64,000 nucleotides of DNA, taken from assembly GCF_002571385.2 (NCBI RefSeq), contig NW_019217897.1, forward strand, positions 490,793-554,792, given 5' to 3'. The notes below the pieces were generated by a model that saw nothing but the letters and a program-made list of their open reading frames with translations, ran no database searches and had not been told where the DNA came from. This document shows positions 10,901 through 22,100 of this stretch, piece after piece (within the stretch, counting starts at the first letter, position 1; the number at the start of each line of letters is the position of its first letter). Source of the stretch: Stylophora pistillata (taxonomy: Eukaryota). The position numbers were made by a program, and so were the translations under genes.

Positions 10901-13900
10901 GGCTTTGTGAGCACACTGTGAAGCTTGCTAGTTACCTCTACATTTCCCATGATTCGTTTTGTTCCCATTTCTTAGCCTTGATGCATTTAATTTATGCCCT
11001 CTGAGTATGTTGGAGAACATTCTTCCACATTGATTATTGTTTGAACAGCACCTAAAAATGCACCAGGTTACATTGATCTTATTACATGACTTGGATCTTT
11101 TAGAGACTCAGATTCACTTGTCATCTCTAATGTAATGTAACAAAGAAGGTGAACATTTTGAGTCTGTTGTTAATTAATGCACCAGGTTATATTGATCTTA
11201 TTACATGACTTGGATCTTTTAGAGACCCAGGTTCACTTGTCATCTCTAATGTAATGTAACAAAGAAGGTGAACATTGTGAGTCTGTTGTTAATTAATGCA
11301 CCAGGTTACATTGGTCTTATTACATGACTTGGATCTTTTAGAGACTCAGGTTCACTTGTCATCTCTAATGTAATGTAACAAAGAAGGTGAACATTGTGAG
11401 TCTGTTGTTAATCTCTTGAAATGTTACATTCAGCTTACTGGAGGAAGGTTTGTTGGTCTTTGGTTACTGACGTCATTTACCTTGACATTTTACAAACATG
11501 ATCCATGAGTGTGATATCATTGAAGATGTGGCCATTTCTCATGGATTTAACAACGTTGTAAAGAGAATACCTCCGACCAATACTATTGCTAATCAGGTGG
11601 GATGAGCACAGCTTCATTTAAACTCTCTGAATTGGAATGAATTTGCAAGTTAGCTTGCTTGTTTTAAGATACCTGTCTATCTGTATGCTCCTGCGTAAGG
11701 AAATGATATTGTAGATTGATAGATTGTACATAGATCTTAGATTAGAATAATCAATGTGTAGTTGATAAAAGCCTCTCGATTCCTTTTTGAAAGTTTTATT
11801 GTCAGTTAAATTAGTGAGCCCAATTAGCATGTACCTGTACAGCTAATTACATTTGACACAAAAAAAGGTTTTTCTTCTTTTTCGTTTTTTTTTATTAATC
11901 CAAGTATATGTCGTAGTTCAATTTTATCCTTGGTTCAAATTTTATTTTCCTTTGTTTCAAACTCATTATCATACATTAACATGACCGAGAACAAAGGAAA
12001 ATAAAATTTGAACCAAGGATAAAATTGAACTACAACAGATACATATGTTATCACTTATTCACTTCTTCCTTGTACATTTTACATTTAGTGTAAGTTACGC
12101 ACAGCTGTAGTTGCAGTCGCAGTCGTAGCAATCGTTCTGATCACATAGCAGGGAACCTAAGGTGTTTAACTTCTGCCGCACTAAACTTCTTTTCCAGTTC
12201 AAGCTGAACACGCTTTGTGATCTGCTGAGACAAGAAATAGCCCAAGCAGGGTTCACGGAAGTTTTAACCTTCGCTTTGGTAAGCATGAGATGCTTTTTCC
12301 CAGATAGCTTTACCCAGTGATTTCGCGAAGCTTTGTTTGTTTCCTGTGTTTGAATGTTTTGCGTGGCTAAATGCTTCTGTTTGTCATAAGAGAAGAACAG
12401 AATTCGACTAGACCTCATTTTGGCTCTGGTGTTCTTTACGTAAATCTGTTTGTCACAAATCATGTTAAAAAATTGACGCATCAACCCGACAAGTCAGTGT
12501 TTTAGAGCTCTTCTTAGAATTGGCCTCTGTTTGTAGATCTTTGGCTACAATTTATCTGAAGTCCTAACGACCTCTCTTTTCGTTTTCCAGTGTTCCCGCG
12601 ATGATGTCTCGGAGAAACTTAAAAAGCCTTTGTCATCTTCCAAGGCTGTTCACATCGCAAATCCAAAAACACTGGAATTCCAGGTTTACTATTTTTTTTC
12701 GTATTGTCCATTGATACTTAATTTTTTTTTCACATTAATTTTAAAAGCATGACTATGTTTTCTTGTGCGAGAATCTCGCCTTTAAACCGGTGAATTAAAA
12801 ATAATAGAAATAATGGGGTTTTCTCCCGCTCTATTATTTGTACTTATGATTCTGGCTTGTTTTAAAGAACTTAGAGGTAAATCAGAACTTGGATGGTGCA
12901 AAGAGCGACCTGGTCATTTGCGCTCTGCTTTGCCTTACGCCAGTTATCACTGGGCTCTAGTGATATTTTTCTTTTTAATTGGCTGTTGCTAGGTTTTGAT
13001 CTTACGGCACTCATCAATAAGCACTTTGACCATTTCAATTCCTTGCAGGTCGCAAGAACAACACTTATGCCCGGTATCCTAAAGACCATTAGCTGTAACA
13101 AGAAGATGCCACTCCCAATGAAACTGTTTGAAATTTCAGACGTGGTACACAGTGATGATCAGAAAGGTGCAGTGCCTGCGTCTTGTTGATAATATTTGCA
13201 CATCTTATATGCTCAAAAAATAATTGAAATGATATTTGACTGCAGATGATAAAGAAACAACGAGGTGATCCTTAAATGAGTGCTACTACCATGTGACCTA
13301 CGACGCCACATTTTGGGAGCGAAGCACACCTGTTATAGTCACTGTTAAAATCTTTTTTTCTGCGGTTGTGAACAGAGTAGCTCATACTTCGTGTTTGTTT
13401 GTTTGTTTGTTTGTTTTCAAGATGTTGGTGCTCGAAATCACCGTCGCTTCTGTGCCGCGAATTACAACAAGACGCCGGGATTTGAGGTAAGATCACTGAT
13501 GCTATATGGGAGAGGTAATGATTAACTGAGCACACAAAGCCTTGTTCGTCAAGTCTCGCGGTAATTCTAGCACCTTCCCACAATTTCCCTCCGAAACTCG
13601 TTTGATATTATTTTTTACTTGTGCTTTAAGTAAAGACTTCACCACTCTTCAGGTCATTCATGGTTTGTTAGACCGCACCATGCAGCTTCTCGAAGTACCT
13701 TACGCAGAGGATAAAACATCACCACATGGATATTATCTAAAGGCTCATGAAGGTATCTGTGTACCTCCATGAAACATTATTTGAACGACCAACTGACTGA
13801 CAGACAACTAACTAACGTAATGTCTTAGTAAATGTCTCAAGTAATGCTTTATGCTTGTTTACCATCAAGCTCGTTCCCGCGTTTATTAATTTATTCATTT

Positions 13901-14065
13901 GATGATATTTCAGATGAGACTTTCTTTCCTGGTCGATGTGCGCAGGTGATTGTGAACGGAAAGCCCATTGGCATCATGGGTGTATTACACCCTGAGGTTG
14001 TCAGCAACTTTGAGTTGAATTTGCCATGCGCAGTGCTGGAACTGGACGTGGAAGAGTTCCTTTGA
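4012..14065 (+). CDS. FARSB: Phenylalanine--tRNA ligase beta subunit (cytoplasmic), 21 exons
   Basis: Spliced translation is colinear with animal FARSB: [16 protein letters not shown] (4012), [17 protein letters not shown] (4181), [17 protein letters not shown] (4700/5035), [26 protein letters not shown] (6905), [10 protein letters not shown] (8183), [22 protein letters not shown] (10672/11496), [11 protein letters not shown] (12198), [18 protein letters not shown] (12591/13049), FFPGRCA...GVLHPEV...LDVEEFL* (13914-14065). Confidence 0.97.
4893..4953. repeat. (GT)n microsatellite in FARSB intron
   Basis: Directly visible GTGTGT run with a few interruptions. Confidence 0.95.
5368..5586. repeat. 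Degenerate copy of the hammerhead-bearing Penelope-derived repeat
   Basis: TGACGAAGGGCTAATGCTCTGACGAAGGGTCAAC...AAAATGTCAGCT plus flanks shared with the copies at 2555, 26476 and 60192. Confidence 0.6.
6266..6428. mobile_element. Small MITE with CAG/CTG-type TIRs
   Basis: CAAGGCTGTGCTCTA ... TAGACCACAGCCCTG; TATAT on both sides. Confidence 0.5.
8976..9150. mobile_element. Small MITE with CAGG-type TIRs
   Basis: CAGGGCTCGACACTAA ... TTAGTGTTGAGGCCTG; flanks CCTGAG and CTTGAG. Confidence 0.55.
10779..11495 (+). other. U12-type (minor spliceosome) intron of FARSB with AT-AA termini
   Basis: Donor ATATCCTTT at 10779; branch-like TTTACCTTGAC at 11476-11486. Only an acceptor after 11495 restores the frame PPTRA-D-MIHECD. 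Confidence 0.8.
11057..11412. repeat. 119-bp tandem repeat, 3 copies
   Basis: Unit AATGCACCAGGTTACATTG...TCTGTTGTTAATT starts at 11057, 11176 and 11295. Confidence 0.95.
11904..12042. mobile_element. Hairpin MITE-like element
   Basis: Perfect 44-bp inverted repeat 11913-11956 / 11990-12033. Confidence 0.8.
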
Positions 14066-16188
14066 GGGAATCAGTAGCTCCTGAAATTCAAACCTGAAGT
14101 TTTCAATATTTAACTGCAAAGAAAAATGAATTTAAGAAATGTTTCTGAAGTCAGCGAATTGCACAAATGCTTGTTGCATACAAAGTATGCTATAACACTT
14201 GACTTTGCACGACCCTGGCGATAAAGCTTTTGCAACTGAGTAATACGCGCTGTGTGATCTTTCGTTTCCTTTAATCTCACCATAATGGCGCGCAGTTTGA
14301 AAGTTTTGCTAAATTTTTTCACATGTTAAGAAAGTGAAGGTTTCGAAGGAAGCCTAGCAGAAAAAACAAGAAATGAACTAGAATACCTAAAAATACCTAA
14401 ATTGGAACAAATTGGAATTCTCGTTATGTTGCTTTGTTTGTTCTTTCATTAATTTTACTTAAACGATAGTTTTTCATTTGCCCCTTTGCTTGCTCAGTAA
14501 GTTACAAGTTACAAGCAATTGACAGAGACTCGCTTATGTCGTCCGTGCCTCTGGTTAGTTCTTATCATTTTTACGTCTTCTGTGTCTCTCGCTTGTTAAT
14601 AGAAAAATAGAATCTATTTGTGAAATAGATTCGGCTGTATGTGCACGTTACTTTTCAAGACCTAAAGGTAACAATTTTTAAGCGAACGATTAGTATTCAA
14701 ATCCATAAATTCCAAGATAGTTTAAACAGGCCCGGTGTGTTTTAATAACAAGGCCCTGAGGAATGTCAGGTCTTTTCTTAGATCAGCAAATTCCATGTCT
14801 GGTTCCTACATCGCTCTGTTGTATCACTGGTCTGTACATTTTATGCCTCCGTTGTGCTGACTACCTTACAAAAACTAATCCTAAAGGGGACTATAGAAGA
14901 CCCAAATTTTGTTTGTGTTCATGAAAGAGAGGAGATCTAGACGGACTTTTTTTTCAGGCATAATAAACAACTGTAAACAACTTAACGTGCCGATAAATTT
15001 TTCGCCAAAGTAGCTGTTTGTGGTGTATATAGATGTCGTGAGTGTGAAAATGAACTGCAATTTTCAGTGTTGGATTATAAGAATGAAAATAAACAAGGTT
15101 ACTCGTGGGTTTGTCTTTGGGATTTATTATTAACCGCAAAGGTCAGATTGAGGAAAACCCGTTTTTGTGGTCTGACACTCGATTTAGGTACCATTGGTCT
15201 CTTGATGGATTGGTGGATTCACGTGTTTTTTTCCTTTTGAACTACCCAAACCTCCAGAACCGTAGAGAAAGGAAAAAGGAAATTGTTGAAGGTTACTCTG
15301 TGAGCGAAGGGAGACGTGACAGTCCTGCCTACTGGGTCGTCCGTTCTACTCGATTTGGCCGCCCTTCCCGCAGTGTGTGGTAATTTCAAACATTTTTTAG
15401 AACATTTTAAACGAAGAATCCTAACAAGATTTCTTAGGGATATATAATGACCTTGGAAACTAAACCCGTTCGAAACTATTGCAGCTTTTAAGTTTCCAGG
15501 AGAAACAAGACATGGACAAGTATTGCTATTTATGAAATGGAAGTTTGAATCGAGTGTACACCCTTGCGCACAAAGGGGGGCAATAACGCATTAGCTGGGT
15601 AAAAATGGTCTGCAACAAGGTGTGGACATGCAACCCCGACAATTGATAGCAACATGGACAGCTAACAGGAAACAAATTACAACTGAAATCGAAACAGCGT
15701 ACGACTTAAGCCAACAACAAACTTCAAAAGGTCATGCAAACTGTCCATCGAGATAAGCGAAGGAGTTCTACAGGTGGACGAAATATTTACCATAATTTCG
15801 CTATGTACCGTCTGTACAACGCACGCCGAAATCAAAATTTTTTCTTTTGCGGTTAATAGCGATATAAAGTTTATTTTTTGAGACCCGGTCTGTTGCCATA
15901 ATCCGTGGATATAAGCTTTTTCACCTGTCAGTTTATCGTTTTGGTTCGCAATTGAGTAAACCTTTCCGCGAGAAATTATCGGACTTCCGTTTCTGTGCTT
16001 TAAGATCTGAGCGGTAGGCGGTTCCGTCGATATCGTGATCTTGCAAGGTCAAAGATAACGCGTAAACGATATCTCTCGCTGATTAGATACTTTGATCGAA
16101 CTGAAGTCTGCAAAAGAATTGAACCTTTGTTTACAGTTTCTTTACCCCCATGGTGCAGCAAACACACGAACATTGCATAGTGGACGAC

Positions 16189-19100
16189 ATGTTGCCGCGA
16201 TTTTACGTTAGATTGGAGCATATCTTTGGTTTCCTGGCTGTGCTGTTGTCTACCATCAGCAGATCTTTGGAGGTGAGCAATACTTTTTTTGTTGTGATTC
16301 GTTTAGTTAGGTATTACAGGTCTTTTTAACAGAAAAGGGGAAACCCAACCCAGGGGTATGGATACACTATAGCTATTTTAATTCTTCAGTTTGGGGAAAC
16401 GTTTCGATAAGCTTGAATATACCGAGAATGGTCTCATTTCTTTAACTTGGGGAATTGCGCCAGTACAATTACAAACGTGTTGTGGGTTAAAATGGATTTT
16501 TAATTTTCTCCGTGAATGCGTCAAAAGCGAAGTGGACCAACTTAGATGCGCGGCATGATTATTAGGCTATTACCTGTTATGTCTAGAGTAGTGCGCACGA
16601 ACGTTGAGGCAGTCAGGAAGCTCTCACAAGACTAAGTTTTCATACAATTTTCCAATTGATGGAAAAATGCCTGGCTAAGTACTCTACAAATGATTTTCGT
16701 TTTCATTTACGAGAGTAAAAAGATAAACATTTTAAGATATTTTCAGTCTAAGGTCATATACTTTCCAAACAGTGGCTCTAAAATACCCAGAAACGAGCGT
16801 GTCTCATAGAATTCGTGTTTTAACGTTTAGGAAAATAATTCTTCCAGTCGATCTATTATTTCCTTGGCAGTCGAAAAATATGAGAATCTAATTTGTTTTG
16901 ACAGACTTGTAATCAAGTGCATTCCTTTGATGATTTATTTATTGAACCCTTTCGATGGAGAATTCCATCCAACCCATTTGGGAGTTCTTATCAAAACTGT
17001 CGGAAATGAATTCAAGATTGCATTCCCTGTGTCGATATTCAACGAAATTTAGCTTCAGAGAGATTTTGAGCGTTTGTTTTATTGAAACAGTTCGTGTCAT
17101 TTTCTTTTTCGTGCTCTGCCCGGCGTCCAGCCGTAAGCCACGAGTCGGATCAGACAGATTTTTGCAGAATTCTTCATCCTTTTATACCAGTTTTTTAAAA
17201 CATACTCCACATTTTCAAATGTCTCGTTTTCTTCTTATCCAGAACCCTGATATCCAATCTGACAGATGGAATTTGCCAGGAGAAAGTTATGAATCAGCCA
17301 TCTGGGAAAGAAGACCTTCAGTGCGTAAGGGGAGACCACCGGGTTAGTGAGCTGTCTTTGACTTCCAGCGGGAATCTCATCAGTTGATGTTTCTTTGTTC
17401 CAGATATACTTCAGAAACACCTGCTTATTCACACCCGACAACACACCCCATTCGAACAAAATTTATCTGATCGATTATTAAGGGACTGATAAAGACTGCT
17501 TTCCTTAACGTCCATCGCATACTTCATGGGTGAAATTTAAGACCCGACGAGAGTCAAACTACACTAATCTGTCATAAATACCTCGCTGTAATGCTGAAGT
17601 CCCCATACTCTTAGCGGGAGATTTTCATCTCCGGGGAAGGAGATCAAAAACGTCACGAGAAAATTATGAAATGTCAGAGTCCTTAGTCACCATTTCAAGG
17701 ATGCTTTTTCCACGAGTTTCTTCCTGTGTTTGGGATTTGATTCGTGCGTTTTGAACCAAATATTTTATAGATTCTCCAACCCTTACCTCCTCACGATGGA
17801 TTTTTGGCATACAGTGTATGAAACTTGAAAGGTCATGTTGGGTACAACTCGCTCACTTGTTCTGCTTATATTCGCCACACGTTGCATCCCCTCAAGCTTT
17901 ACTCCCGCTCCCGCCACTCGACATAGCCTTATTTGAGAGGCGAGTCCAGGTTTTCACCTGACTGATAGAGTAGTTTTCGTCCCATCATACCCGGGGGTAG
18001 ATTTTATGAAATTGGAGAAGCCAAATGCTGGGGATGGTCGACACACGTGGAGTTTACTAAAATCCAGTTGACTCGGTTGTATTACCTAAGAGGAGTGAAT
18101 ATGCCTTACGGTCACTTACCCCATGCTTCCGTTAGGCGCTTTATCAGTAAAGGACACTAATTTTCGCACAAAATGTAAAATCGGCACTGTGTGTGTTTCT
18201 CTAATTTCGCCTATAAAATTCTAACGGTGTATTTTCATATCGATAATCATCACTGAAAGACCTGAAAGAATGTGACAGTTTACATTTTCACACTTCTCGC
18301 AGAATCACCAACCTTTCATAGCGAGTGCATTACACGGCAACAGTGAAACAACTTAAAATAAGATCCTTGCTAATCATTCTTGTCTTAGTTATAGAAAGCT
18401 TGTCTTATTTTGACAGGTTGCTGCCCTCCTGAATTGTACCTTGGGTTTGGAAGCGCCACTTCATACAGTGATCATGACAGTAGTGTCACAACTGCTGATG
18501 CACCCTGCAGCAACCACGCCGACTTGGATCTACAGGAGGTTCAATTTAGGAGTGATAAATTGGGAAAGATGACTGATGCCATCACAATTGCCGTCTGGGT
18601 TAACTTGCGAACCATCCAAGGCATTCAGCCAATTCTGGTCGTAAGAGGACAAAATGGCGAGCTTCGATTTGAGGTTGCTGAAGGTCACGTTACTTGGTTA
18701 CACACCACGTTACGTTCACAAATACCAACATTTGCACTAATAAGCAGTGAACAAGTTTTAGAAAATAAATCGTGGACGCATATCGTAGCGCTATACGATG
18801 CTTACAACAGTCGCGCCGCGGTATTCGTGAACGGAAAGGAAATACTTCAGGGCCCTAGTGCTGGTGGATCACTGGAACTAACGTGGGATGAACTCCATGC
18901 TATCGGTCGATATAAAGTCAACGAGGGACTAGAGTTTAAATTGAAAGGGCTTCTTGACGAGTTCTACATCTACTTCTGTGCTCTTCCAAGAATGGTAATT
19001 CATAGACTTTTCCAAATCTGCCACATCGATGGAAAATGCGCTCCCTCGCGACCAGGCAAGTTTGAAATCATTTCGTTAGCAATCCGCTCTAATGTATTGG

Positions 19101-22100
19101 AAAACGTCAATGAGTTTAAACTCTTCAGTCTCTCTTCTCAGTTTTATCTAAACATGGCATCGATTTTGCAGTAACAGCTAATGTTCTTCATGGAATAGGA
19201 ATAGGAAAACGTTAACTAGCATATTTATTCTCGGCAATCTCCTAACACTTCGTGATATAGAGGTTGCCCTACAGGAGATACTTCCTCATTTCGGTGCAGA
19301 AAACTTTTGATGGAGCCTTTAAATATAATTCGTCCACTTTACTTTCTTTCCTAGGTCTCGATAGGGTATGTGACGTCAGGGCATTCCGTTGTTGGAATGG
19401 ACGATGCATAAGGCAGGAGTGGAAGTGTGACGGAGAGAATGACTGTGGAGACTGGAGTGATGAAATTGGATGTGGTTAGTTAATCTGCTTTCACTCCTTT
19501 TTCAGTTTTGTCTGCAGATCTAAATTAGGTTTAGTTTCATCCCTCCTCCGGTTCAGGAAGTAGCAAGGTTTGTGCTACTTCATGAACGGAGATCTCGAAA
19601 ATCCCGGCTACAAAAACGAACCTTCATTGTTTGACCTCCTCATCCAATCGTTTTCCCGTGATCAATTGGGCTATGTAAGATTAAGGTATAGCAAAGCTGA
19701 ATGACATTTTCTGATAAATAACAGCAATAATAGCATCAAGAAGTTACTCGATGTAAGAGGATTTTTTCTCATTCGATGATGATGATTTTAAATTTCCCCA
19801 ACAGATGGCTTTTGTGAGCCTGGGGAGAAATTCTCGGTCTTTCAAGGACGATGCATATCGTGCTTTTGTATGGGACGTTCTCAGAATTGTAGCAGTGCAA
19901 GAGTGTACCGTGGCAGGGTAGGTTTCAAAACCTGGTGTGATTCAAGAATTTTGAGGCCAGGAAAAAGGTGTTTATTCGTGATACACTTTGCTGATATTAT
20001 TTAATCAATTACTCCACATCTTAATAATAACTTTATTTTTTCCAGCTCGCTCTAGAATTGAAAACTGATGCCCGTCTCACTGATGTGCCATTGGTGGATG
20101 TGCATGGATCTTAAGTGTCCGGTATTACCTATAAACGGGATCCCTTTAGCAATGTGATATCAGCCCTGGTTACGTCGGAAGGAAAATTACATTTCTGGGC
20201 TTTGCCAAAAAAGTTTATGGGCAACAAAGTAAGGTTAACATCAAAGTTTGCAATGCATACTATGTCACGCTGTTGATTTAAGCAATTTTCATACTAACAG
20301 AGTTGTGTTCTTTCATTCTGTATCTTTACTGTCAATTAAACCTGAAAATTTGTACGGGTGTCGCGTCTAGGTACTGAGGGATGGCTTACTGTAGAGATTT
20401 TAATTTAGCTGGCTGTGTAAAAAATATATACCTTCTAAGAAATTGAATTGCTATATTTTTTTTATCGCAGCTATCAAGTTATGGCGGAAAACTACGTTAC
20501 ACTGTCAAGAATGTCATTGGCAATGCATCGGCGAATGAGGAAAATGTTCCATCGAGAAAAGTGAGAAGTGCAGGAGAAATGCTCAGTTTAGAGGCTTTAA
20601 TAGACAAATATGCCACCGATGATGTCCGCGACGTAGAAGACACTGACATTGACATCGACACTGACGCATCAGGAACAGAGGACCCTTCTTTGGATGTTTC
20701 AGAAAATACTTTGTCTATTCTTACGACGCAGCTTACACCCAGTAGAGTTAAAGAAACTCCACCTATTTTACCCGAAACTAACGCAACGTCAAAACATCCT
20801 ATCAGTTCCGATGACTCCAGAAACGTCACAGAGAATTCTGGAGCCCCAACTGCAGCAACAAACTCCGCAACTGAACGAACAGGAACAAAACCTCCACCAA
20901 CCATCGACACGGGAAATATTTTGACAACACCAACTGTAGAAACAACACCCTCTGTAGAGGTTGACGGAGACACCGACCTAAATATTCTCTCGGAAAATGA
21001 AGAAACAAAAAGAGTTTTTAGGATAGTTTCCACTAGGTCCGAGCTGCCGGCAACCACAGCAACTCGACTGACGAAAGGGGAAACTGTACCTTTTCAAACA
21101 ACTCGAGCAGTTTCTGACGGGTTAATCGCGACATCGGCAACTCACACTTCTCTCACAACATCGAATCCTTTGCCTCAAAGTCGCGACGAAACAACCCCAA
21201 CTGTTTTCTTTTCATCCCTAAGTACCCCGGAACCTACCTCGAAAGCTATCGCAACTACCCCAAACACGTATGACACAACAAAGAGTGCATTAATAGGCAG
21301 TGAAGAAGCCAAAACAACATCCTCAACTTACGGCAGTGACAGTCCAACATTAGAAATGGTGACAACAATACCAGACATAGCTTACACGACAACTAATTTA
21401 ATATCCTCGAGGAGTAATTTACTAGAAACTTTTCCCTCCGAGCCTAATGCACCGAACAATGGTCAAGATGGGCCACCCACCAACGTACCTTATTCGACTT
21501 TCAGCACTTCTACAAAGACGAGACCACCAGAAACGTTTTCCACAGCACCTAGTCGAGTCACCGATATACGAGAGGATTCAACTACTGCCGCTGCAGTGCC
21601 TTCAGCTCACACCACCACGGAGCTTACTGATCATCCATTGACAGAAATGTCGCAAACTCCCCTCCCTAATACGGATCACAACAGCATCGAGAGGGCTACC
21701 ACGGAATACGTTTCAGTATCTCCACATACGTCTGGAACGACAATGATAACATCGAGTGGTGCGAATCAAGAAATAATTAACACCGAGTCGGTTTCAGCTG
21801 ACATTACTGACGTTCCTACTTCGAGAACCGCCACAAAACCAAATACGTTTCACAGTACAACTCCTGAATCAGCTGTCACCAAAAGTGATACAACTGGCAT
21901 TATATCTTCTTCCCAGTATGTTTTCAAAACCGCTTCCCATAAAATTAGGACATTGTCAGGCGAGGCGAATGATAGCGAAGATGTCATTACCACTGCGATA
22001 TCTCCTTCGGCTTACAGCAACGAACAACTTTTTTCGGAATCTTCGCCATCCGTAACAGATTCGTCTTTAACCAAAATATCACCGGACGGTGAAGATACAT

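Noticed and set aside
20497-21057. 186-aa antisense ORF and other short ORFs in the track
   Set aside because: These are shadows of real exons or random ORFs in introns and repeats, with no independent motifs.
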